Shown: positions 36,282-46,830 of the stretch, one piece after another
Numbering within the stretch: the first letter of the stretch is position 1
Layout: each line of letters opens with the position of its first letter
IMG/VR virus record: IMGVR_UViG_3300037467_000583
Span: 1 to 64,000 of that record
Length of the DNA: 64,000 nt
Source of the DNA: a virus
Taxonomy: Duplodnaviria; Caudoviricetes
Reading direction: 5' to 3' (one strand)
The notes under the pieces: model-generated
What the model was told of the DNA's origin: nothing
The model's input: only the letters and a program-made list of their open reading frames with translations
The model's database searches: none
Translations under genes and position numbers: made by a program

Positions 36282-36940
36282 ACTTCCTCCTTACTATCAT
36301 AAAGTTTCAAAATTTCAGCTTCAATCTCATCCCAAGCTTTCGTGCCAATAAGATTGCTGATTTCAATATCATCGACATACACTGCTTCGATAATCACTTC
36401 CTCTGGGGATTCAGGCTCATCTGCCGTTGAAGGAATGGCTTGGTAGAACCTGAATTCTACTTCGAGTTCAACTCCACGTAAAACGATTTTACGAGTGAAG
36501 AAACTCGGAGAAAACTGTTTACTTTGATCGGAATAACTCAAGAATGTCCTCCCACATAAGAATTAGTCCAATTTTGATGAGCATCCATTTGTAGGCTAGC
36601 TCATTCATTTTAGTGTTACCGTGTATTTTTCTAAAAGCACCCTAGCAGCTTCGTTACAATCATTAACGTAAAGTCCGACTGTAGAGTTGTATAAGTATTG
36701 CGCAATATCGTCCACGTGCTTGACGTGGTCTTCCCAGTTTACAGCCTCTTGCTCACTTTGAAAGATATTTCCATCTTCAGTTTGCCACACTTGCTTAGGC
36801 ATCTTCGTTCTCCAATTCATACATTTTATCTAGCATCTTGTACAGTTGATCCACTTCGCTCTGCATCATACGATTCTCTTCTTTGTTGGCATCCATCTCA
36901 TCACAGAGAACGTCGATACGAGCCTGAATTTCTTCTTTGG

Positions 36941-37333
36941 TCATACATCGTCCTTAATAACTAACACGTCATTGTACACTGTTTTCTCAGGATTTACAAG
37001 CATCCTATCAATCTCTCCGATAAGATTGTTGACAGCACGTAGACTTTTTACAACAGCCTTTGCATCCTGTGCTGCATGCCCGTGCTTGTAGAGCCAATCC
37101 ATCATCTTGAACGCCTTGGCGCGATACCAATTGTAGCGTCCATCCTTTTTGTAGAGCAAGCCTTTTGGGAAATCATCTGGCAAGCTCACGAAGTAAGGGA
37201 AGCGAATGTGCACATCCTTCCTCTTCAATGTGATTGCCTCTACAACGGCAGCAGCAAGAATCTTATAATCCTCGTCAGAAGCTTCCCTTGTTGTGGCACG
37301 AAGCTGGTTAGAGGGTTTGCGTCGTGTTGTCAT
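36941..37333 (-). CDS. Hypothetical protein
   Basis: 130-aa ORF in a packed operon. Confidence 0.55.
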   Translation of the reverse strand: MTTRRKPSNQLRATTREASDEDYKILAAAVVEAITLKRKDVHIRFPYFVSLPDDFPKGLLYKKDGRYNWYRAKAFKMMDWLYKHGHAAQDAKAVVKSLRAVNNLIGEIDRMLVNPEKTVYNDVLVIKDDV

Positions 37334-38160
37334 TTATCACAATATTAGTCATTATTGAAATCGTAGTAAGAGTCTTCTAACTTCTGTTGAAGTTCCTCAA
37401 ATGTAATTTCTCCGGCCTCATACTGGTCTTTGTACTCTTGCTGTAATTTTTGTAGGTCGTTCATCATTTCATCTCCACAAAGAACAAAACGTTAGCAAGT
37501 TGCATCCAGTTTTCGTAAGTGCCTCCGTCAGAAGGTTTAATCTTCTCTACAGAGGCTTTAACATAGAAAGTGTACAAAGTTTTCATTTCAGCAGAAGAAA
37601 CAAAATCCGCCCATTGCTCATTAGTAAGCTTTACACGAAACTGTGGCGTCTCATACGTAATTGGACGGAACCAAGATGTCACTTGTGCAATCCTTCCTGT
37701 CAGGTCTTTCTCAACATTGAAAAGTTCGTATGGCAGGTTAATGTATGGAAGGCTCATCCCATCTCCACATCATAAAGCGTACCCTCAAGCCTATCTGCAA
37801 TTTGTTGCAACTTCTCTCTTACCCAATCCATCGTAATGCGATAGTTGTCGTCTGAGAAAAGTTCATCAGGGATGTTGTGAATTTGTACGTGAAAGGTTAG
37901 TTCCATTGTTCCAAGACCTCAGGAGGTTGTTTGCCAAACTTCTTAGTGTACTCGTAATTCAGCCCGAAGTCATCGTCAGGGTCTACGTCATACGTCTCGA
38001 TACAGTATTGCCTGAAGAATGCTAAATACTGCACCCAGTCAGTGTATTCCTTCATGTCTTTTAGAAGCTCTGCCATAGTGATTTCAAGTTTCATTATTCC
38101 TCCTCTGTGAAAAAGCGATAAGGTATAACTTGCCAACTATGTCCATTCCACGCCACGTCT

Positions 38161-38370
38161 CTAGTACTCATACCCTTGTTGTGCATTCCTGCTCCGTACG
38201 TTCGTGACGTATTCGTAGTCGAGTGCTTCTTGTTCTGCGTCGTCGAAGCCATCTTGCCAGTCGTCTCCTGCACTGTCGCAATCTCCATTAGTGTGCGGGT
38301 TGTTCGTGATGCCGAGGGCGTACGCTGCCCTACCCTCGTAGTAGAATCTGCTACCATTTTTACTGCGCAT
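38161..38370 (-). CDS. Small Rmf/CrpP-like protein
   Basis: YYEGRAA..G...NPH....W..GF pattern; start re-assigned to MRSKN (SD AAGGA). Confidence 0.4.
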   Translation of the reverse strand: MRSKNGSRFYYEGRAAYALGITNNPHTNGDCDSAGDDWQDGFDDAEQEALDYEYVTNVRSRNAQQGYEY

Positions 38371-38387
38371 TGCTGTGTTGTCCTTAG

Positions 38388-40793
38388 TTAGTGGCAAGTT
38401 GCCCAATTTGTGCCGATCATGTAACCGGCAGTAAGCTCAACGTTAAGTTTGTAATATTCTCCGGACATTTTGACGGCCTGTACAGCAAGCTCTCCTGCCC
38501 TGTTGTATGCCCGGAACCACCCTTTGTCGTTGTGAATCACGTCGCTCCATTTACGTCCTTCAGGATCGACAAAATTCTTAGCTTCTTCCTCTGTTTCAAA
38601 CTTCTTAAACTTTACTGCACTACGTCGTACCTCGTATTGTGCCTCATCGTGATATGCTATCAACTGTTGGCAGAAGTCTTTATTCTTCCAGTCATCACGA
38701 AAAAAGTCAACAGCTAATCCCTCTTTTTCCAACATCTTATCGTGAATAACCATAGCACGCTTAGCACAGATAACACCTGCAGATTGTAGATAGCTGTTAA
38801 TCACGTTACCTTTTGAGCGGATAGGAAGCTTACGTTTGTCAATAGCGGGGATGAACTTCTTTTGTCCAGCGCCTTCCCAATACCTTTGCATAGCCTCTTT
38901 TAGCAACTTCAATGGAGCAGCTTGCGTCCAGAAAGCGTCGAAAATAATTTGTCCATCTTCTAAACTACAACCTACAGTCTTTGCTACTCGCTTTGGCTGC
39001 GCGTTATAGCTGCACCCGTACTTAACCGGCTTGGCAGACTGACGAGGGAAGTTTCGCCCTAGAAGTTCGGTAATCGAACGAGCCAGTACAGAGTGACAGT
39101 CATTGGGCTTCTCTGCCGTCAAACTATAACCGTACTCTGGTCCACCCGGATACTTCCAAACCGCATGGGTTTCCATTTTAGCTTCTAGGCTGTCAAAGTC
39201 GAACGCCATCTGTAGAAAACCGTCCTTAACATCCACACCAAACAGCGAGCGCATTTGTGTACCATACAGACTCGTAGTACGGCTAATATTGGCAACACGC
39301 CTGTGCTTCATGCGACTCGTAGCTGCATCGCACGTACCTGCTGGTGTTGGGATACGTCCATCTATGTCTAACCTAGGCTCCGACAGAAAGCCCTTCTCTG
39401 GTTCCTCTTCCTCGTCGTCAGGGTCTACTCCGCCTCCAAGAATACTGTTACGACGGTGTGTGTACGTAAAATAATCCGACACCAACTTTGCATGCGGAAA
39501 TTTGTCGGCAATCTCTAAAAGTTTAGGATCAATCTCCTTCTCTTGCCCAACAGTCAGCGTAGGATTGGTGTAGACTTTCAAAGGGCGTTTGATGTCATGC
39601 TTCAACAGTTTTTCACGCAACCTTTTCGGACTAACTTCTAATTCTTCGCAACGGTCTTTGCAGAACGGAGAACTCAACGTCTGCTCAACGTACTTCTCGA
39701 CTGCCGCTTCAAACTTCTCCCGCGACACTTTTTTCTTCTTTGCATCACAAGTAAGATCACGCTCTTTGTACTGCGAAGGCTGCCACTTGAACTTCTCTAC
39801 AAGCCAACCCTTCAAGTGCGCGCTGTCATTTGCACTACTGCTAAGCTTACCCGGTTCTGTGCTGATGAGCGGTTCACATGGAATAGGCAGCTTATGCGTC
39901 TTACCAAGAAGGGTGGCATACCAGCCGTCTTCTTTCTCTTCTAGAACGCCCTCGTGCTTAGCAATAAAATTTTTAAGATGCGTGCTAGGAGCACCAGACT
40001 TAAGAAATTGGGTAGCAGGAGGAGTGTACTCTTTTTGTTTAGTTTTCGCAAGAGGGCGAGGTGGAATAAGAGGTTCAACAATTGCACGAATCTCTTCCAT
40101 CTTCTGGTCCAAGTCACGTACACACTCTTCTGCAAACTTCTTATCAAACCAAAATCCACGGTGTTCTTGTCTTGTAATAATCTCAGCCACCTTCTGCTCC
40201 ATCTTGAAGGCATCTTGCCACGGCCAGTCTCCCCATTCTTTGACAAGAGCGTTGTAAACCTTGTGGTTCACTTCAACGTCTCGGACGTTATACTCAAGCA
40301 TTTCTGGATGATAGACACGGAACTCTGCACCTTTTTCTGCATCCTTGTCGATAAGTCCAATCTCAATTGCTTTGGCACGCCAGTCAATCTTCTCCAGACC
40401 AAGCGTCTTACCCCAAGCCTCGATGCTATGTCCTCCATAACGATCAGGGTTCAGCACCTTACTCGCAATCATAGTGTCGTAGATGACAACTGGACGACCA
40501 TCAAACATATCTTGGTCATCAATCTTGTAGTCAAGGTTCAAAGCCAGTTTAAGTGCAAGCAAGTCGAAGTTAATGATGTTTGCACCGATAAGCGTGGTAA
40601 GCTGCTTACTCCACTCTGGAAACTTAGAGTAGCACTCGTCTTGAACAAACTTGTAAATCTTACCTGTGTCGATGTCCTTGGCAACAATACAGTGAATTTT
40701 GAACGTATCCTTTAGTGAATAAGGACTAGTCGTATAGTCAATTGTATCGCTGTTCAGGAGGTTAGTTGACTCAATATCGAATACGACTCTCAC
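38388..40793 (-). CDS. DNA polymerase family A with 3'-5' exonuclease domain
   Basis: VFDIES, NIINFD, YNVRDV; motif A DFDSLE, motif B RQSAKPVKYG (Tyr at the 762-equivalent position), motif C YHDE. Confidence 0.93.
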   Translation of the reverse strand: MRVVFDIESTNLLNSDTIDYTTSPYSLKDTFKIHCIVAKDIDTGKIYKFVQDECYSKFPEWSKQLTTLIGANIINFDLLALKLALNLDYKIDDQDMFDGRPVVIYDTMIASKVLNPDRYGGHSIEAWGKTLGLEKIDWRAKAIEIGLIDKDAEKGAEFRVYHPEMLEYNVRDVEVNHKVYNALVKEWGDWPWQDAFKMEQKVAEIITRQEHRGFWFDKKFAEECVRDLDQKMEEIRAIVEPLIPPRPLAKTKQKEYTPPATQFLKSGAPSTHLKNFIAKHEGVLEEKEDGWYATLLGKTHKLPIPCEPLISTEPGKLSSSANDSAHLKGWLVEKFKWQPSQYKERDLTCDAKKKKVSREKFEAAVEKYVEQTLSSPFCKDRCEELEVSPKRLREKLLKHDIKRPLKVYTNPTLTVGQEKEIDPKLLEIADKFPHAKLVSDYFTYTHRRNSILGGGVDPDDEEEEPEKGFLSEPRLDIDGRIPTPAGTCDAATSRMKHRRVANISRTTSLYGTQMRSLFGVDVKDGFLQMAFDFDSLEAKMETHAVWKYPGGPEYGYSLTAEKPNDCHSVLARSITELLGRNFPRQSAKPVKYGCSYNAQPKRVAKTVGCSLEDGQIIFDAFWTQAAPLKLLKEAMQRYWEGAGQKKFIPAIDKRKLPIRSKGNVINSYLQSAGVICAKRAMVIHDKMLEKEGLAVDFFRDDWKNKDFCQQLIAYHDEAQYEVRRSAVKFKKFETEEEAKNFVDPEGRKWSDVIHNDKGWFRAYNRAGELAVQAVKMSGEYYKLNVELTAGYMIGTNWATCH

Positions 40794-40802
40794 ACAACCT
40801 CC

Positions 40803-41039
40803 TCAATCAATAATCTTCGCCAAGTGCCTACCAAGCTGCGTCAGCAACTCTTGTGCCACAAACTCATCAGCCTCTTCTCGACAATACGAATGATAGTCGT
40901 CATCCGAAAGCTCAATCTTCTTACCGTGAAAATCGTACTCGTAAGTTTCATAACCATTGTCGTCAATCGTAGAACAGATCAACTCCAGCCCAAGAAGCTC
41001 AGCCACATCCCACGCCTTAATTTGTACGTATGCCATCAC
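40803..41039 (-). CDS. Hypothetical protein
   Basis: 78-aa acidic ORF. Confidence 0.5.
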   Translation of the reverse strand: MMAYVQIKAWDVAELLGLELICSTIDDNGYETYEYDFHGKKIELSDDDYHSYCREEADEFVAQELLTQLGRHLAKIID

Positions 41040-41470
41040 TCCTCCCCAAACATCTCAGCCAATTGGTCGTAACTATACGTCACCTGATAATCCTCCTGCT
41101 GAGCCATCTTCACCAACCCCTGCCACTCAACATCGTCCATCTCTACCCAGGCTTCGATGCTCTGCAATCCCTTCAACTCACTCTTGAGCATCCGCTGAAT
41201 TTCCTCCACAGCAGCAATCTTCTTCTTGAACTTGCGAATGTAGGGTGTGTAGACGGCAGCTTGTTCTTTGCAATTTTTTGCGTTTGAATAGCACGTCTCT
41301 GCCGACACTGTATCTTGCTCCTTCATACACACGCCATATTGCGACATATATTCGTCCGCCTGCGAATTGTAGGCGGCGCGTGCCTTGCGGAGTTTGGACT
41401 GTTCTTCATACAGGCCCGTTAGAACCTGTGACAATACTGCTATGTTGCGCTGAACTAATTGTGCCTTCAT
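41036..41470 (-). CDS. Hypothetical coiled-coil protein
   Basis: 144 aa; its start is overlapped by the nuclease C-terminus. Confidence 0.55.
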   Translation of the reverse strand: MKAQLVQRNIAVLSQVLTGLYEEQSKLRKARAAYNSQADEYMSQYGVCMKEQDTVSAETCYSNAKNCKEQAAVYTPYIRKFKKKIAAVEEIQRMLKSELKGLQSIEAWVEMDDVEWQGLVKMAQQEDYQVTYSYDQLAEMFGEE

Positions 41471-42632
41471 ATATGTACCCGCTTTCCTTTATAAAATCTA
41501 TAAGTTTTAAATACTGTGAAGATGGCATTGCCTCACTTACAAAACCCTTTACACCAACCCTTTTCAACGGGAAGTTAGATTTGATTTCCTTCTCCAAGTC
41601 GAATGCAATTGCCCCAGTCGTCTTTAGGACGTAAGACATATCAACGTGATATCCATGCTTCCCTAACTGTGCAGTGTGTTGCTTTAGTCTTCTGTCAAAA
41701 TTGTTTGTGACCCCAAAACCAACAAACGAGTCCGCAAACCCTTCAATTTTCAGTGCGTAGACATACCCCACGTCACTTAGTCGCTTATACCCTCCCTGTA
41801 CGCAGCTTGCACATCGACTACCGTTCAAAAAACTCTGTAATCCAATATCGAAGGTTCCGTGTTCAAGACACTGTATAGATACTTTCGACTTACTGCCGAC
41901 GTACCCCTCGGCCCAACCCTTGAATGTATATTTGCTTCCTAGCAATGCAGTTACTACTTGATACTCCCTTAAAGCAATAGGCCACTTATAAATATGAGAA
42001 CACCTACATGCCAATAATCCTTGCCCAAGCTTTGCAGTTGTACTCTGAAAAATCCCATCGCATAGACCTGCGCTTGCAAACTCATCATTCTTACAAACAG
42101 GGCATAAGTAATACCAAGAGTGAGTACGTGTACCTCTAAGGAATTTGGTGTCAGGGTGGTACACACCAGTATTAAAGAACTTTCTGATTAATTCTTCGCT
42201 CTCTTTAGTGGCCCTAACCCTAGAGTTTTCTGCTTTGCAGTACGGACAGCCGCACTCTTTTCCCAACAGTTTGCTAACATATGTACTTTCCCACGTCTTG
42301 TTATGAATTTTACAGAACATTTCTGCTTTCGTCAATGAACGATTCCACTCCGCAAAAATTCCAACAAACTCGTGATCTAGCCCCACATATTTCCTGCGCA
42401 GAAGAGTTTCGTACTGCTCTTTAGACATCTCGTAGTTTGCACTACAACCGCAAGGAACATTCCCTCTAGAAAATGAGTTGGTTGCTTGCAAGAACGTCCC
42501 ATCCCCATACATCTCGCTATCCGATGCACACTTGTCGCACTTTACTCGGAAATATTTTCTACCGTCATGCTCTACCCTCTCAACAATTGTCAATCCGTTT
42601 TTAACATATCCCGGAATATATTTCGCTGTCAC
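41406..42632 (-). CDS. Zn-finger/CapR-like repeats plus GIY-YIG-like (T5orf172-type) nuclease
   Basis: GTG start; CxxC modules; C-terminal GYVYAL..FVGFGVTNNFDRRL..E..GFVSEA. Confidence 0.75.
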   Translation of the reverse strand: MTAKYIPGYVKNGLTIVERVEHDGRKYFRVKCDKCASDSEMYGDGTFLQATNSFSRGNVPCGCSANYEMSKEQYETLLRRKYVGLDHEFVGIFAEWNRSLTKAEMFCKIHNKTWESTYVSKLLGKECGCPYCKAENSRVRATKESEELIRKFFNTGVYHPDTKFLRGTRTHSWYYLCPVCKNDEFASAGLCDGIFQSTTAKLGQGLLACRCSHIYKWPIALREYQVVTALLGSKYTFKGWAEGYVGSKSKVSIQCLEHGTFDIGLQSFLNGSRCASCVQGGYKRLSDVGYVYALKIEGFADSFVGFGVTNNFDRRLKQHTAQLGKHGYHVDMSYVLKTTGAIAFDLEKEIKSNFPLKRVGVKGFVSEAMPSSQYLKLIDFIKESGYIYEGTISSAQHSSIVTGSNGPV

Positions 42633-42820
42633 ATTGCCTCCAAACGGGCCAGAGCACGCTTTTTGACAACAATCTTGCGAGCCCCACGAATCTTATTTTC
42701 CATCTCAGTATTACCTTTGTTGGCATAATAACGAATCATGGTTGAAATTACTTGAGGTGTTGCAGTTTCAATGTATTCTGCAAGTTCTTCAAGAGTGCTA
42801 TTCTGGTAATCAAAGCTCAT
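42629..42820 (-). CDS. 63-aa nuclease-linked protein, copy 1
   Basis: Paralogue of 46566-46757 and 61442-61651; stop overlaps the nuclease GTG. Confidence 0.8.
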   Translation of the reverse strand: MSFDYQNSTLEELAEYIETATPQVISTMIRYYANKGNTEMENKIRGARKIVVKKRALARLEAM

Positions 42821-42842
42821 GCATCTTTCCCTTAAAGCTTTA

Positions 42843-42871
42843 ATTATACATCAGAATAACAATCTTGTCAA
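42843..42871 (-). promoter_or_regulatory. sigma70-type promoter of cassette 1
   Basis: TTGACA-17-TATAAT. Confidence 0.85.
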
Positions 42872-42874
42872 ACT

Positions 42875-44614
42875 TTAAAACTGCTGAGGGTTCTGCTGCA
42901 ACCAATCATCCATGTCATGCATAGTGTGAGTAACATTGTCGTAGTAGTACTTGCCAGCCATACCTGTACGACCCGTCCAGCGGCACTTACTCATCTTCAT
43001 GTGCGTGGTATTTTTCTCAGTTTCGTCCTCTGCCTCTTTGTTACGAGTGAAGATGAGGTTGCAGGCACCCGACTTCAGAATTGCAGACGAACCATGAATG
43101 TCTTCTTCATGCATATTAGCGCCAGTAGAGTTGGCCTTCTGCCCGCTACCGGACTTGCGCACGTGATTTACGTTAATGAAAGTGCACTGGTGACTCTTGA
43201 CCATGCCCTTCATCCAACGCATGAACACAGCCTGCTCCTCATTACTGAGTCCATCAAGGATGTCTTGCAACGGATCAAGGATAATCACCTTACAGCCGCA
43301 AGCAATGATGAGATTCATAATGAGGTCTTTAAGACTCTCAATCCCCCCATCACGCTCCTCTACAAGATGCCAGCGCGGAGTTCCGTCTTCATTATACCAC
43401 AGTTCCTTAGCCTTAGCTTGAACTTCTTCACTTTGGATAAACTCAATCTTCTCATCTACATCCTCGATAAGATCGATCTTACGCCCGATGTGACGGCTAA
43501 GAATCTTAGTGCCATACTGCCCACTATCACTCTCAAGAGTAACAACACCAATACGATGAGGGCTGTTGAACACCCAAAAGTACGTGCACTCATCTACGAT
43601 AGTACTCTTACCTGTTCCACTTGCAGATGCAAGATTGACAATGACACCTAGCGGAATTCCGCCTGCCATCTCCTTCTGAACCTTGTGCATGAATGGCGGC
43701 AGAGGAATCTTAGGCGTACGGGCTTGCTCAATAATCTTATCCATGAGGCTGTCACTGCCAATGATGCCGTCAGGGCTGTATGCAGGGGCAGAATAGAACA
43801 AGCTTACGAACTGCTTCTCACGGCCTTTCTCAAGATACTCGTTAGCGTCCTTGAGCGACAACTTCATCACAAACATCTTACCTTTTGGTAGTACATCAAC
43901 AAGCTTCTTAACAGCGTCCTTGCCAGCATCGTCGTTGTCGTAGCAGACAACAATCTTATCGAAGTTGTTGATCCAGTCGTAGTGTTTTTGAATTTGTTTG
44001 TAGCTACCTGCCTCACCAATGCCGCTAGAAACTACTGGTATTGGATCAAAGTCACTCCCCTTACCTTTTCGATAATTTTCAAGCATCTGGTAAGCCGACA
44101 AGGCATCAACTTCCCCGGCACAGATCAACAAGTATCGGCCAACACTGTTCTTCCACTTCCACTGCCCGAAAAGCTCAGAATCCTTGCCAATCTTGCCTAC
44201 ACTATAGAACTCCTTTGGCAACTTCCTAACTTTGAAACCTGCAGGTTTGTATCCTTCCGTGTAAGGGTAAAACACTTCAGCGACATTGCCAGTTTCTTCG
44301 TCAAACTTGAACCGGCAGGCATAAGCTTTATAAGTTTCATCAGTGATGCCACGACAGTTCTGTCCGTTGACCCCTGTGTACCCCTTGATTTTCTCAACTT
44401 CTTCTTGAGTAATAAGTTCTTTAGTCATAACCTCTTCATCGTCATATTCGTAGTTATCGACGCCACGGGCTTTACGCTCAGCATCGCTCAAAATGGAAAA
44501 GCCACAGGCAAAGCAATGCTTCCCCATGCCTTCTCCGTAATTGACAAGGTTATCCCCTGCTGTGTCATGTCCCGCTTTACGACATTGTGGGCATGGCTCG
44601 TTAGAAATCATCAA
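42875..44614 (-). CDS. Primase-helicase (T7 gp4-like)
   Basis: Zn finger CPQC..HCFAC; TOPRIM GEVDALS, YDNDDAG; Walker A SGTGKST, LDPLQ, HVRK, KCRWTG. Confidence 0.92.
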   Translation of the reverse strand: MMISNEPCPQCRKAGHDTAGDNLVNYGEGMGKHCFACGFSILSDAERKARGVDNYEYDDEEVMTKELITQEEVEKIKGYTGVNGQNCRGITDETYKAYACRFKFDEETGNVAEVFYPYTEGYKPAGFKVRKLPKEFYSVGKIGKDSELFGQWKWKNSVGRYLLICAGEVDALSAYQMLENYRKGKGSDFDPIPVVSSGIGEAGSYKQIQKHYDWINNFDKIVVCYDNDDAGKDAVKKLVDVLPKGKMFVMKLSLKDANEYLEKGREKQFVSLFYSAPAYSPDGIIGSDSLMDKIIEQARTPKIPLPPFMHKVQKEMAGGIPLGVIVNLASASGTGKSTIVDECTYFWVFNSPHRIGVVTLESDSGQYGTKILSRHIGRKIDLIEDVDEKIEFIQSEEVQAKAKELWYNEDGTPRWHLVEERDGGIESLKDLIMNLIIACGCKVIILDPLQDILDGLSNEEQAVFMRWMKGMVKSHQCTFINVNHVRKSGSGQKANSTGANMHEEDIHGSSAILKSGACNLIFTRNKEAEDETEKNTTHMKMSKCRWTGRTGMAGKYYYDNVTHTMHDMDDWLQQNPQQF

Positions 44615-45366
44615 CCCTCCTTAAACTTCACCTCACGCCCACTCATCGCAAGCAAATCATAAAGTTCTTGTGCAATCTCTTTCCGGGTCATGTCCGTTCT
44701 TATGTCAGCAGCAAGCCCAGAGCCACCCTTCCAGTTAGTTGCCCACACTTGTACACCATCACCGTGCACCTCAATTTCAAATTTATCTTGCATCAATCCC
44801 CCACTATCCATACCAAGCTATAGCACCACAAGTTTTACAAACATCGCTGTACGTACTGTCAACCACCCATTCACAACGACTTACTAAAGGATTTCCGTCT
44901 TCATCTTCAGTGTGCCCTTGCTGTACCCAATATGAGTCTTGACACAACTCCTCTTTATTAGTTTGATAACCCATCAACCCTCCCACTCCTCCACATCTGC
45001 ACCCGTGCTCAAAAGCAAGTCGTACATCTCTTGTGCAGAGCCCTTCTGATCACAACCTGCATCGAAGTAGAATGCGCGAACAGAGTCATCTTTAATTAAA
45101 CAAACAGTGATAACACCACCTTTAATATGAATCTTGTACTTGTTCATGCTTCCTCCGTATATTTATCACCACAAGAAACGTGACTTTCACGATTGCATCC
45201 CACAACATCCATGTCCTGATACCGAAACACAGTCATGTTAAGCTTCTTATCCAACTCAGTGATTTCTTTGTAACCTAAGAATAGGTATTTCGGCACTCTG
45301 CCAGTCTCAACTATATACCCAACTCGCTGAGATTCGATACGATCTAGGATACCCATTGCAATTTCC

Positions 45367-46569
45367 TCATGAATTCTCCCTACTATCAAAAATCAATTTA
45401 TCTACAAAATCTACTACCTCTTGGTAATACTCGTAGTAAGTCGCTTCCGTTTTAAACCCCTCAATGTCTTGTGGATTGCATGGAAATCGCTTTTTGATTA
45501 CCTGCTCAATATTCCACGCTTGTTGACCTGTAACATAGAATATTTGTGTTGCGACTATTTTAAGGCCAGCACGTTTAAGATTTCGTGCGTGAGTGTGCAG
45601 TCGACGGTCAGGTGTGTTTGAAACACCAAAACCTATAAAACTGTGGCGGCCTTCCACTTTCAGGATGTAAAAACCAGCGTCAACCCCTTTCTTATACCCT
45701 GACGTGGCACAATCAGGACACCTATTTCCTACAGCCAGGAACGAGTGGATGTTAACAGGCCAGTTACCATGAACATCACAGTTTAGTACTATCTTACTGC
45801 CAACATTCTTGTAATTGTCCTCCCACCCTACGAAGTTATACTTGAGTCCCTCATATTCTAGAGTAGATTTTACTTGAAACTCTCGCTGTTGTGCCGTCCA
45901 TCTATACGCCCTTGAACACCTGCAAGACTTCTTACCCACAGATAGGTTAGCATAGCTAGAATTGAACAGTCCACTGCACAGCCCATTCTTTACAAAGATA
46001 TCGTCACTACAAACACCGCAACGATATTTCCACTTATTACCCCTAGATTTACATCTACCGAAAATTGTGCCAGAAGGAAACTTACCCACCTCAAAAAATT
46101 TCTCTACGCAATGTTCGTCTGTGTATCCATTCTTCTCCGAGATAGTATTATTTGCACACACCCTGCATCCCACTTTGGAGGTGAGTAAAGCACTTGCCCG
46201 TAAATTAGACCACTCATTTCCGTCTAAATTACAACGTAATTTTATCTTAGTTGAATTACCTGCGAAATCCTCAACAAATCCAAGAAACGTATAATTTCTT
46301 TTTGAGCATTCCCGTTCAACTCTCACTTTACACTGAGCCAGTGTCCATCTGTACACTCTACTTTCGCAAGCACAGGGCGTTGAACCTCTTGTCAGGCTGG
46401 ATTTAGCAATAAGAAACTGGCCATCTCCAAACAATTCTGGATCAAGATTGCAGATGTGGCAAACAACTCTGTAGACCTTATCGTGTCCGCTGGACGTAAC
46501 ACCATCTTGACATATGACTTCTATTTGGTTGCTTTTACCAAACCTTCGCCCAATAAAAGAGTCTGTCAC
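45367..46569 (-). CDS. Zn-finger/CapR-like repeats plus GIY-YIG-like nuclease
   Basis: GTG start; YTFLGFVE..KIKLRC..GCRVC; C-terminal GFYIL..FIGFGVSN..RRL..EGFKTEA. Confidence 0.75.
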   Translation of the reverse strand: MTDSFIGRRFGKSNQIEVICQDGVTSSGHDKVYRVVCHICNLDPELFGDGQFLIAKSSLTRGSTPCACESRVYRWTLAQCKVRVERECSKRNYTFLGFVEDFAGNSTKIKLRCNLDGNEWSNLRASALLTSKVGCRVCANNTISEKNGYTDEHCVEKFFEVGKFPSGTIFGRCKSRGNKWKYRCGVCSDDIFVKNGLCSGLFNSSYANLSVGKKSCRCSRAYRWTAQQREFQVKSTLEYEGLKYNFVGWEDNYKNVGSKIVLNCDVHGNWPVNIHSFLAVGNRCPDCATSGYKKGVDAGFYILKVEGRHSFIGFGVSNTPDRRLHTHARNLKRAGLKIVATQIFYVTGQQAWNIEQVIKKRFPCNPQDIEGFKTEATYYEYYQEVVDFVDKLIFDSRENS

Positions 46570-46757
46570 ATAGCCTCCAGTCGAGCTTTAAGCCTCCGCT
46601 TGCTGACAATCTTACGGGCCATTTGAATCTTCTCAACCATGTCGCCCCTACCTTTATTTCGGTAGTATGCTAGCATGGTTGAAATCACTGGTGCTTTAGT
46701 CACTTCGATGTGATCTGCAAGTTCATCAATTGAACATTCTTGATAATTAAAATTCAT
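46566..46757 (-). CDS. 63-aa nuclease-linked protein, copy 2
   Basis: Shares F.YQ, VISTM..YY.NKG, ARKIV, ARLEAM with copy 1. Confidence 0.8.
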   Translation of the reverse strand: MNFNYQECSIDELADHIEVTKAPVISTMLAYYRNKGRGDMVEKIQMARKIVSKRRLKARLEAM

Positions 46758-46785
46758 AGTAAGATTCCTTTCGTCAGAAACCTTA

Positions 46786-46814
46786 ATTATAACATCTTAA
46801 TACAATCTTGTCAA
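46786..46814 (-). promoter_or_regulatory. sigma70-type promoter of cassette 2
   Basis: TTGACA-17-TATAAT. Confidence 0.85.
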
Positions 46815-46830
46815 TTTATAAGTTTTCGGG

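Larger units (their letters stand above)
41406..42871 (-). mobile_element. Cassette 1: promoter + 63-aa ORF + nuclease
   Basis: Same architecture at 45367-46814 and 60469-61752; begins 3 nt after the helicase stop. Confidence 0.65.
45367..46814 (-). mobile_element. Cassette 2: promoter + 63-aa ORF + nuclease
   Basis: Promoter and ATGTGACAG junction nearly identical to cassette 1. Confidence 0.65.

Noticed and set aside
25902-40793. Introns or inteins in nrdA, nrdB or the DNA polymerase
   Set aside because: All are continuous, of normal length, with motifs in the expected order.
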